Source of the DNA: Lama glama
Taxonomy: Eukaryota
Direction: 5' to 3'
NCBI GenBank assembly: GCA_028534125.1
Contig: CM052818.1
Coordinates: forward strand, 5,768,001-5,832,000
Length of the DNA: 64,000 nucleotides
Below, in pieces: positions 1 through 10,479 of this stretch (position 1 is its first letter; every line of letters starts with the position of its first letter). Below the pieces are notes generated by a model. It saw nothing but the letters and a program-made list of their open reading frames with translations, was not told the DNA's origin and ran no database searches. Made by a program: the position numbers and the translations under genes.

Positions 1-1311
1 CAAGGACTCTGCCAGACAGCCGCCCAACCGTGATCATGGCAGGGCTTGCAAAGGAAAACCTCTGTATGACTGCCTGTCCTTCGGCTTAACAAAGGCAGGC
101 TGATCTCTCCCCCAAGACGGGACTCACGTGCCAAGTCAGAAAGAGAAACAACTCTGGGCCTTCACTTATATGTGGAGAGGCGCGGGAGGCCCGCAGCCCA
201 ACTCTCCAGACGCGCTGCAACAATTCGCAACCAAGAGCTGTCCTGAGCCCTGTTTCATCTCACCCACTCCTCACGTTTTCACTTTCATGGCATTTTTGCA
301 ATTCCTTAGGACCAATCCAGAGATAGCGACAGGAGAGAGAGAAAGAGGGGGGGAGAGAGAGACTGGGAGGAAACAGTGGTGTTGGGGTGAGAGAGAGAGA
401 TCCCCCCCCCACCAGCCACTCCAAATAAAAGTCGTCCCCACTTAGCAACGCAGCGGAAGAAGGGCCTGCAGGGAGGACGAGCGAGGAGGGGGCGAAGCAG
501 GCAGAGGCCGGCAGTTGAGAGCAGGGCGGCGCGAGGTCCCCCACCCGCCACACCGAGGGAGTCACCGGGGTGCCTCTGACGCTGACACTTCCAAAAGCTG
601 CCAACCCAGAGGGCCCAGAGCACGTACCAGCTGGAGGATGAGTGGAAAGGAGGAGGAGAAACGTCCATATTTATCTGTTTTTATAACCTCGGCCTGGTCT
701 TATTTTTTCTATTAAGTACAATAAAATGGGCGAGCTTGCAGCGGGCATTGCACAAAGCAATGTTCAGTGAGGTCTAGAAGCGTTCGGCCGAGGAAAACTG
801 ACAAGACAGGCTAATGAACCGTATAGACAGGGAGAAAATAGCCAGCATTTGCTAGATTTCAAACCCTCCCTGTCTCTCTTAGACCACCTATCTTGGATTT
901 ATTCCTAATAAAATAAGAAATAAGCAGACCCTACACTTTTCTTTTCTTTGAGATAGAAGGGGGGGGTGGAAATGCTCCAGAACAAAGCCCTACAATCAGA
1001 GGCGGTCATTGGCAGTGAACACTCCCATTATTATAGAGGGTAAATAAAATAAAGACAAAAATTAAAAGCGACAAGAAACAGGTCAAGTTTGCAGGCAAAG
1101 CTTTTACAAGCTCATCTCTCCAGGTCGAATCCCAGAGCCAGCCTTAATGAAGCAATAATAGCCACATTATTCAAAAATTTTCATTTCGATGGAAATGTAT
1201 CTAAAAGGGACTTAATCATATGCAAATAATAAAAGGAGGTGGTAGTGACCCAGCAAGCAATATGCATACAGATTTTTTTTTCCAGGGATGTTGAAATTGA
1301 AAAGCGCATAC

Positions 1312-1458
1312 CTGGTCGGTTAGATTTGCTGATCTTGTTATATCTTCACTGTCTGATTTTGATCCTCCTTCTCTATCGTCTATCACCAAATCGATAGGCA
1401 TTTTCCCTTTCAAACAGCTAATATACCGGTGGCAGAAATTGTCACATAATTCGTGTAC
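1312..1458 (-). CDS. MEIS1: MEIS1 coding exon 6 ([28 protein letters not shown]...SANLTDQ), 147 nt
   Basis: Acceptor aatgtag|GTACAC, donor GACCAG|gtatgc; gene continues beyond position 1. Confidence 0.98.
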
Positions 1459-2849
1459 CTACATTATGACAGAAATAAAAAAATGGAAATATAATCAGGA
1501 GTACATAAATGACATTGACAAGTGCAGTCCACCCCCCTTGTGAGATTCAAACTTCCAAATAGGGGAAACACAGGGCAATTGTCCTCCAGAGACCCCCAGA
1601 CGCATCCAGAATTAGGAATAACTTTCTTTTCTTGCAAAATAGAGATATCCCAGAAAATTGACAGTGACAAGATGATTCACAGGCTACACCATATTCAACA
1701 CCCGTGTTAAATTCATCTGCTCCCAGGGCTGTGGCCATTAGAGAGGTGACCTGCGTGGGTGACATTTAAGGTAAACTATTTAATTTCGTCCAGTTACTTT
1801 ATCATAAATCCTTTTCCAACATGTCTAATAACAAGCTATATGTATGTATATTCTCCAAAGGGCCAATACTGTGTTGGCATAGGACATATGCCTGACAACC
1901 CAAGTCCTAATAACATTTGTAATTAGGGTTTCCATCCATAAGAGGCATATTTTAGGATGCTTCCTTTAAAAAAAGGCGGGGGGAGGGGGGTTCATGATAC
2001 GGGAGAAAAATCCCTACAGCCACAAAAATGTATCTAATTGATTTTTTTTTTTAGGAAAAAGAACGCTTCACAATATTTAGGTGTAAGTAGAGTGGTCTCT
2101 TACAGGACCCAGGCATCACTGACATGCAAAAATTCCCAAGGAACCCTAGTGTGCTTGCAATTTAATGGTAGTTTGAATTATAATACATTAAGTTTTTGTT
2201 GCTGAGATTTACAGAATATCTAGCAAAATCACATTATTCCACACCCCTTCTTGAGTGTGAAGGTGGCGTGTGTGTGCAGGAGTCCCAGATTCAAGAAATT
2301 GACACAACTATCAACTCTGCTTTGTCTCTGCAAAATGTTTCAAGTGCCTCCCCCACCACCTCCTCTAGATTCCCTGCCCACTCCTCCTCCTCCCCCTCCG
2401 CCTCTGCTCTGTGTCTGACCTGCCGCTGCTCTCAGACTGTCTTCCAGAAACTCACTAAAACTAAACAAAACTCTCCCCTCCCAGTGGTAGCGAAGAAAAG
2501 GAGGAAGAGGAAGAGAAGAGACCACAGAGGTATAACCTGTGAAGCAAACTCACAACAGCATTCTACACATCAAAGGGGATGCATAGAACTGCAACTATTT
2601 ATACAAAGCCAGCAAGGAATTAAGAATGAATACAAGGCTGGGGCGTTTGTGATCCCGGTTTTAGTGGCTGAAATTGTAATTAAACTGCAAAGAGAAATGG
2701 ACGCTAAGATTGGCCTTGACACTAATTACCAGAGAGAAAGACATTTATGCAAATGTCCCAGAAGCCTGAACTTCAGCCATTCTGAACCCTCCCCTTCTGT
2801 GTGTTGGGGGGCAGAGGGGAGTAAAAGGAGAAAAAGCTAGAGAAATTAC

Positions 2850-2900
2850 CTTCTCTAATTCCAACAGATGAAACCTTAATACTTGTATGGCTTGAATCAT
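2850..2900 (-). CDS. MEIS1: MEIS1 coding exon 5 (MIQAIQVLRFHLLELEK), HM2 region, 51 nt
   Basis: Acceptor ctttgcag|ATG, donor GAGAAG|gtaatt. Confidence 0.98.
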
Positions 2901-3702
2901 CTGCAAAGATACAAAAAGAATGAGCACCCCAGTCCTAGTTTGCAGAAAATTGGCTGTCACAGCTCTAACATCTCCAGCCCACCCCTCCCCCCAGTAAATA
3001 GAGTTATTTTGATTTATGGCAATAACACTAAAACTTAACAGCAGCGACTGGGTACCATCTAGAGGTTTATATTTCTTAAGGAGGAAAAAAATAGCTAAAA
3101 CAACAACAAAGCATTTAAGTGGGGGTCGTAAACACTCTCTTCCCCCACGACTCCCCCTTGTCTCAGCCCCACTGCCCCTACCCCCACCCCCAAAGGGCTG
3201 CATCCCTCGGCTAGGTGTTTCTTTGGAAGGAGCTCACCAAGAATATCCCAACAGCCCCCAAACTGTGGCTTTTCACACTGCCAAGTTTCCGCTGCCTTCC
3301 GCACACCTTTCAGACACACTGGTGGTTGGGGGGCTCGGGCCCAGGTGCTGCCCTCGTGACGCGACTTTGAGGGCTGGGAAGTCCGCAAAGTTTAAGCACA
3401 CACGCTGACAGGCCCGGAGATAAATCCCCGCGCTGATTAGAGCCGCGCTGCCCGGCTGTCATAAAAAACAAAAGCTCGCGTTTCCCCCGCGCCGGCTCAC
3501 CCGGCCCCTCTCGAGGTGAATTTATTTCCCCGGGACCTTGTCCCGGACCACTTGCCGGTGGATGGAAAGCTCTGCAGCCCACTTGCAACTACGGCAAGAC
3601 CCATCTAGAAACCTCAGGGCTCTCAAAGCAAAGCTTGGGGGGAGGGGGGTCTTGGGGGGGAGGGAGGATGTTGGGGGAGGGGAGTGAGGGGTCCGCTCTT
3701 AC

Positions 3703-3753
3703 CAAGTTATCCAGTTCTGGATTAGAAGAAAATAGAGGTTTTTCTGCGCGAAT
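3703..3753 (-). CDS. MEIS1: MEIS1 coding exon 4 (IRAEKPLFSSNPELDNL), 51 nt
   Basis: Acceptor catttag|ATTCGC, donor AACTTG|gtaaga; not shown as its own ORF in the track, translated by hand. Confidence 0.97.
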
Positions 3754-4211
3754 CTAAATGCAAGTGAGAAGGAGAGGGGAGAGGGAGGGGAGAGGGGGGA
3801 AAGAAAGAAACATTTGAAATCTGGTCGCCTTCCTAGTTTCTTGCCTCATTACAAGATCGGGGGCAGGATGTAACCTCCGGGAGAGACTCGGTGACACCGA
3901 GTTCGTCCCGCGCAGAAACCCTTCAATGTGAGTCAAACAAGCCAAAAACAAGCCCAGAGCTCAGGGTTACTTCTCCCAGCAACTGTGCTTCTAGAGATCG
4001 CTGCCCAGCTCGCCCAGTCCCAGGCAGCTCCTGCGCGAGGGGTTTGGGGCTGCACTTTACAGAGTGAGCTTTCTGCGTCGGGTTAGGGAGCGGGAGTGGG
4101 TGAGAATATGGGTGATTTGGGGCCGTCCGCAAACAGACACTCATTTAGGAGGAAAAGCTCAGGGAAGATGTAACAGGCCTGGCTTAGGGCGGACTGTTTG
4201 TTGGCCGGTTA

Positions 4212-4562
<351 letters not shown>

Positions 4563-6291
4563 CTACTTGTTCCCCTTTCACCCCTCCACCACCCCCCAGG
4601 TGACTGCTCACCTCCCCTTTCCTCCTTGGGCCCCCCGAAGTCGGAGGCCCTAAGCCATGGACCGTATCTGAGGATTGGTTCAGCATATCTGACCGGAGAA
4701 ATTGGTAACATTTGCTAAGAATAAAACCCAAGCGGTTCCAGCAGCCATTTTGAATTAAGTTTCCCACCCCGACAAGCCCTCGTCCCTCCGCTGTGCATCC
4801 AGGACCTGGAAGAGGAGAAAGGCGCTGGGCGCACGGGTCGGGGAAGCGCGTTCAAATGGGTTCCTGCAAGGCCGCCTCGCCCAGCCCAAGGCTCTGGGGA
4901 TCTTGGTGGCAGGCGCTCAGCTAACTTGGGGAAAAGACCTCTCTGGCTACAGGACCTAGTGTCAGAGGGCTGCCTTTCCCGATCCCGACCCCACGGCCCT
5001 CGGAGAGCAGGAGGGCTCCTGCTCGGCTGCCTGCACACTTCCTTCCCTTCGCCGATGGCCCCCTCCGCCCCCTAAAGAAAGTTCCCTCAAATGTTCCTGC
5101 AGTCAAGCCTTTCATTTTGTCCCTGCGGAATGGCAAAGCAGCTAGCATTTCGAGGGGCCTAGATGTCCCCTATCTCAGCCCATTTAAAAAAAAAAAAAAA
5201 GGCTTCTTCTAATGCTCAAGAAGGTGTCTCAAGTCTTTTATTAGCTCTCACAGCCCAGCTGGGAATTTAACAGTTTGGGGTCCTTTTCAAAGCTTCCCCA
5301 AATGTTCTGCCCCGGAGACGAAACCATTTGCAGTTAACGCTGCGGAGAGGACGCTGCGATTTAAGCAAGCCCATCGCATAAGGGACCAGAAGATAAAGCA
5401 GAAAGGGTTTTCAGCCCGGGACGGTCAGTGTTGCCTGATTTTTTTTCCAAAAGGATAAATAAATAGAAAGAAATGTTGCTGCCAAGTAAAAAGAGATCCT
5501 CAAATGCATCAGCACACAGTAGGCACAAATGACTTTCAAAGGGTTTTACTAGTCCAGGGTCGAACAGGAGGGCGGGGGAGAACACGGTGTGAACCGCAGC
5601 CGGAAGACAACGCCGGCCCGAGAGCACCCGGCTTCTACTTCTAAATCCTGCAGGTTTCGCCTTTGAACACAAGTACGAAAACGGCTAGAAGTTTCCTAAG
5701 ATCTGCAACAATTCAGAGCGAGCTCCTCTCCTTGACTACAGTGGCCCGACCTCCTCAATGCAAAGCCTGTTTCCCCTTGCCTGACCTGCAACTGTCCTCC
5801 CCTGATTTTATTGTGCGGTGGCAGAGCCAGCATACGGTTGCTGAGTAAACTTAGCAAGTCAGAACAATCAGTGGCTTAAAAGATTTTCCTTGAAACTAAA
5901 AGTTTCGTTCCAACACAAAGGCGCCTGCATTTAGAAACCCCAAACACTCTCCCAGCGAAATCGAGCGAGTGAGGACTCCAACCCGCTGAGCTACGGAGCG
6001 GAGCCGGGGTCTGGGGAGACAAGGGACCTCTGGCAACTTCTGCACGGCGACCCCTCAGCGGGCATGGCCTCTGCAAAGCGGGGCGCTGGGCAGGCGCGGA
6101 GCGTGTGTGGAGCTGGGGTGCAGTAGGGATGGCAGGCCGCCTTCCCCTCAGTCTCCAAGCAAAGCAGATGAAAAGTCACCAAATAATGTACCTTCAATCC
6201 AGAGAGCTCTGGCTTTCCTCTTGCCAAGGGCAAAGGGAAAGAGGGGAAGCATCGCCTCTCAAGTACTTAACTTGCTGCCCGTCGTACCTAC

Positions 6292-6518
6292 CCATAAATG
6301 GCATCTTTATCTCTCTTTAAAGCGTCATTGACGGAGGAACCCATGCTAGGAGCCATGGCGTTGGTGTGAGCTGTGTGCGGGTACTGATGCGAGTGCAGAG
6401 GAGGCCCGTGGTTCAGGTGGTGGACCGGCTGCATGGACCTGGCCGCGTGCGGGTCCCCATACATCGTGGAGGGGATGCCTACTCCATCCATGCCCCCGTA
6501 ATGGGGTAGGTCGTCGTA
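6292..6518 (-). CDS. MEIS1: MEIS1 coding exon 2 (YDDLPHY...DKDAIYG), 227 nt
   Basis: Acceptor tttgtcatgcag|TAC, donor TATGG|gtaggt; peptide [76 protein letters not shown] fits MEIS1 as I recall it rather than MEIS2 (YDEL...). Confidence 0.98.
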
Positions 6519-8380
6519 CTGCATGACAAACAGGAGAGAAACACGGTTCAGAAGGCCAGCCGGGCAAATGGGGGAACGGCAAGGCACGGGGCTTATATAA
6601 TGTCAGTCCAGCTGGATCCTTCAACCCGGAATTCGGTGGCCTTGCATCTCTGAAGTTGAGATTTCTTATGTAAAAAATATTTTTAAAAGTACAAATTCTA
6701 GGATTCAAGGTGAGACTTGGCTAGGTTGAATGGTCTTGCCCTAACTTGTATCCCTATCAACTAGCCAGAAATTCAGGCTCCTTTGGCAAGGAAGGAAGGA
6801 AGAAAGAAGGAAGAAAGGGAGGCATTCTCCCGGAGGGCGGAAGGTAAAACGTGCACGTCTCTAGAGGAGGAAATTCAAAATCACAATAATAAAACGTGCC
6901 AGGACAGTGCAGCAAACCTGCCTAGTTTCAGAGCCCCTTCCCATCAGGGGGAATTAAAAAAAGAAAAAAAAAAGTTACGATGGGAACAGCTAAGCCAAGC
7001 ACGTGAATTCAGACAGGCTTCTCATTTTATTTCCCTGCCAGCGTGGGGTTAGGCAGTCCTGCAAGATACTGCATTCCCTTTGCTTTCCAAGACAAACTCT
7101 GCTAAATTATACAAAACTAACTGGCCCCCTTATAAGTGAAACAGAGAAGGGTAGCTTCTCTTGTACATTAGGGTTGAATTTAGACTTGAGCAATATCCCC
7201 CCAAAGTTAAAGCAAATCTGTAGTTGGAGCAGTTAGTCTATTTTTCTGCTCTTATGAACTTTTCCCCCCAGACTAGAAGTCAGTGAGGCAAATGTTACTC
7301 ATCATATTTAAAGCGAATTTAAAAGCAAATACATATGCAACCCTCCCATCTGCCTCCTGTAGAAAAGCTACTTTCATAGTGTGTCATTATTTTGTTGTGC
7401 GAAATTTAGCTATTTAGATTTTTCTCATGGCTTCATTTCAGACAAGGTCTTTTCTCAAGATTTGGAGGCGCCGAGAGTGAAATGATTTTCAAAGAAAAGA
7501 GGAATTGCCACTTTCATCTCCTTAAAGTCAGAGGTGTGAAAAGAGTTTGGAAGAACGCTGACATTTGCCTGAACCAAAAGAGTAAAGAAAAAAATGTGTC
7601 AGCCTAGTAACTTTCTTTTGCAAACAGGGCTTTGAGGGCCAGGGCACAAATTATGCAAGGAAAGCTTTTTGTAGACCCCCTTTCTTTTAAGAAACTACCT
7701 CAGTTGGGTTGTCATTGTCTCACTTTACTCTCACTACATTTCCATTCAAATAGAAATATTGGGGAAATTAGTATTGCATTTTTAAAGTGAGGAGCTGTGT
7801 GCTTAGCATCCAATTAGTGCTAGGCTTTTCTAAGAAAAACTTACAAAGTATTATCTTGCATAAAAAGCCATGCACATTAAAATTACTTTAAAAAGATGAA
7901 TGCTCTCCGACCCCCCAAACCGTTGTACTATGACAAAGTTAGTTGCTTAAAAAATGCTAAATACTTTCAGTGATATTAGAGATGTCCACAATCAATAACA
8001 TATCAGAAGTTTCTAGCTGCTTATTTTAGTTTTAAAATAGCTGTAAACTTCTGCTCCTTGAATGCTCACACTATATAGCATTAGGTAGCTAGCGGTTTTT
8101 TTGTTTCTGTTTTTTTAAACAGATGATTGCCCAAGCTTGTATTTTTATTTATATAGCTGCTGGTTAGGAATCTATAGAAAACTTCATTACTTGAATTAAG
8201 AATTACATGGAACATACATAAGTCTACAAATGCATTGAATAAATCCTCTCGCTTTAGGCCATGGCTTTAGGAGCCTCATTCAAAAAGACAGAGAAAAAAG
8301 GAAACTTTTTAGCAGTGTCTTTCAGCCACGTTTCAATTTAATCTCACATTTGAGTTCCACAATTGTTTTTTAATACGTAC

Positions 8381-8392
8381 CCTTTGCGCCAT
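8381..8392 (-). CDS. MEIS1: MEIS1 coding exon 1 (MAQR)
   Basis: Minus strand reads GGCCG ATG GCG CAA AGG|gtacgt; matches the known MEIS1 N-terminus MAQR and is followed by a GT donor. Confidence 0.96.
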
Positions 8393-8558
8393 CGGCCTCC
8401 CTGGCTCCCTTCCTATTTCAACTTCTAATATATCCTCTTTAAGGCCAGTGTGAAAAGAAACAAATACGCAAACTCCCCCGGAAAAAAAAAATGAAAAGCA
8501 CGACGAAAAATCCCTTAACGTCTCCAGCAACGTGAGCTACTGGTCCCAGATCTTCGGT

Positions 8559-8597
8559 CTACGGGACCTGAAGCAAAGCGCCCGAGTCACTGAGCAT
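8559..8597 (-). other. uORF3 MLSDSGALLQVP*
   Basis: ATG CTC AGT GAC TCG GGC GCT TTG CTT CAG GTC CCG TAG; weak context (T at -3, C at +4). Confidence 0.5.
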
Positions 8598-8693
8598 AAA
8601 AGCGCTCCGTTTCCAAGACAGCAGCGGGGACAAAAAAAAAAAAAAAAAGCAGATCTTCTCTCCCCAAAAAATCAGTTTAAAAAAAAGCGCCCC

Positions 8694-8717
8694 TCAGACC
8701 CAACTACCAAATCTCAT
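8694..8717 (-). other. uORF2 MRFGSWV*
   Basis: AAAGCC ATG AGA TTT GGT AGT TGG GTC TGA; purine at -3. Confidence 0.6.
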
Positions 8718-8735
8718 GGCTTTCTGCCACTCCGG

Positions 8736-8745
8736 CTGTCAATCA
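8736..8745 (-). promoter_or_regulatory. PBX-MEIS/PREP composite decamer TGATTGACAG
   Basis: Exact match to the known PBX/PKNOX(MEIS) decameric motif, inside exon 1. Confidence 0.6.
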
Positions 8746-8757
8746 CAGGCGAGGTTG

Positions 8758-8781
8758 TCAACGTGGTGAATGAATGATCAT
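8758..8781 (-). other. uORF1 MIIHSPR*
   Basis: ATG ATC ATT CAT TCA CCA CGT TGA in the 5'UTR. Confidence 0.6.
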
Positions 8782-8884
8782 CCGCTCTGTCTTCTTCTGG
8801 TCAGAACACCTCAAATGTTAATATTCAAATGCACAAAGCCCTAGCGCTCGCTTCCCTTGAATCAGTCCTAATTCCTAATCAGTT

Positions 8885-8940
8885 TCTCTCTTCTCTCGCT
8901 CGCTCTCTCTTTCTCTTTCTCTCTCTCTCTCTCTCCCTCT
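8885..8940. repeat. (CT)n/(GA)n polypyrimidine tract in the core promoter
   Basis: ttctctcttctctcgctcgctctctctttctctttctctctctctctctctccctct. Confidence 0.85.
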
Positions 8941-9019
8941 TTGCAACTGCTGCACTGGAGGGAGATTAGAGGAGGAGGGTTAAAAAAATGTCTGTCTGAG
9001 TTTGTCTTAAAGGAGCCAC

Positions 9020-10200
9020 GATCGATGCTGCCCGCTTGCAGTCCCCGTGCGTGTGTAAAGTGTGTGTTGCACAGGCGGAGAGGTGGATTCCGACCAGAAT
9101 GCTAGAACCCGGAAGTAGTGGTGGCCATAACAGGTCGCGTCTTACACAATGCATTGGGCTGCAGCAAGTAGGCTCCTCGGCAGGGGTGGGTGCGCGAAGC
9201 GAGCTCTGGCCGCACTGGAGAGGCAGAGAGGCGCTCCATTAAATCGCACGCCCAGGCACAAACACCCACACACCCAGGGCACACGCGCACAAGCGCGGGC
9301 AGCAGCTCCCGGCCTCCGGCTTTATTTTCCGTATTCTTTTCTCTCCCTCCTCCTCCAGACTCTCTCCCCAAAGCCGACTGTCTTGAAATAAATTGGGACC
9401 AAACGCGGGGTAGGCAGCAGCGGGAGTTATTTTGCACAGGGCTCCGCTCATAGACTTCCTGACTTTCCTAGAAATTATTGGGGTCTGCCAGTATTTTTCG
9501 GGGCGGAGGGAGCTGATGCGGAAAGTAGTGGATTCTTAGAACCAAACACCCCAAGTAGAAAAGTCAAACTGGGAGCTAGGAGGAGGAGCAGGAGCAAGGC
9601 TGAGAAAGGCTCTGCCTAAGGAGTCCTGAGAACGTGGGGTGGAGATGGCTGGGGCTTTCTGCAGATCCAGCTTAGAGTATTTTTTGCTGTCAGAGGTGGA
9701 CACCCGGCCCAAGGAAAGGAAATGCTTGCATTTTCTCACTTTGGGGATCTGGACGCCCCCACCTCCTCGTCCCGGAGGCCCCCAGCTCCAGCCCCGGCGT
9801 CCTGCGCGAAGTGAGAGAGGAAGGGAGGGAACAATGAGCCGAGAGCCGGGAATGTGCCCCCAGCGCCTGTTTACAAACACGAAGCTATTTATGATCGCCG
9901 GAAAGCGAAACCCGACGCGGGCTCGGAACAGCCCAGACCTCGCGGGTGGAGCCGGGGCCAGGGAGCCGCGGGGAGGGAGGCTCTTTCTCCGACCCGCTCC
10001 AGGCGAGGCGGCCGTGCGCCCAGGGCGCGGCGCGGCGGAGCCGGCGCGCTCGGCTGGGGCTACGGCCGCGCCGCCTTTGTCTTCGAGGCGCCGAGGGGCT
10101 CCAGCCTCCGCTGTGCTCTTTCCCTGGTGACGCCCCGCGCTCTCCTTCTCAGTCCTCCGTCCCCCAACTCTGCTTTCCTATCCCCAACCCGGCTCAGGGA
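9020..10200. promoter_or_regulatory. Promoter CpG island of MEIS1
   Basis: GC-rich, many CpG and CGCG (e.g. 9890-10140), immediately upstream of exon 1. Confidence 0.8.
9106..9116 (+). promoter_or_regulatory. ETS (ELF-type) site AACCCGGAAGT in the MEIS1 proximal promoter
   Basis: Perfect ELF consensus about 290 bp upstream of the presumed TSS; ELF1 is a reported regulator of the MEIS1 promoter. Confidence 0.7.
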
Positions 10201-10214
10201 AAACTCCCAGTTCC

Positions 10215-10223
10215 AAAAAAAAA

Positions 10224-10256
<33 letters not shown>

Positions 10257-10280
10257 GAAAGAAAAGAAAAAAGAAGAGAA
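10215..10280. repeat. poly-A plus (AAAG/AAAAG)n purine tract
   Basis: Long A run followed by gaaagaaaagaaaagaaagaaaag. Confidence 0.9.
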
Positions 10281-10479
10281 ATTCACTTTGAGGGTCTGAG
10301 ATTTCAAACAAAAAGGTGCCCCTACCCACAACTCGGAGGCTGCAACCAGCCACTAATTTTAACTTTCTCCCTTTAAATACCTATTCTCTGGTTTAAACAA
10401 ACAATTCCTTTCCTGTAATCTCCCATCCTAAGCTTGCCATTTATTATTATATTTAATGGTGTTATTTTTGTTTTTCTTT

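Larger units (their letters stand above)
8393..8816 (-). other. MEIS1: MEIS1 5'UTR of exon 1 (TSS approximate)
   Basis: Minus-strand sequence ATTTGAGGTGTTCTGACCAGAAGAAGACAGAGCGGATG... resembles the human MEIS1 mRNA leader as I recall it; contiguous with the ATG; exact TSS cannot be fixed from sequence. Confidence 0.7.

Noticed and set aside
2196..2840. 214-aa plus-strand ORF antisense to MEIS1 intron 5 with an NLS-like KKRRKRKRR
   Set aside because: Starts at TTG; the Ser-rich and basic stretches derive from CT- and GA-rich low-complexity DNA; no homology recognised
6292..6518. Possibility that the gene is MEIS2, MEIS3 or a processed pseudogene
   Set aside because: Residues such as [25 protein letters not shown] and [12 protein letters not shown] fit MEIS1; introns and reading frame are intact
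9536..10353. ORFs of 97-163 aa, including poly-Lys and poly-Phe tails
   Set aside because: Produced by the GC-rich promoter and the poly-A tract; not protein-like
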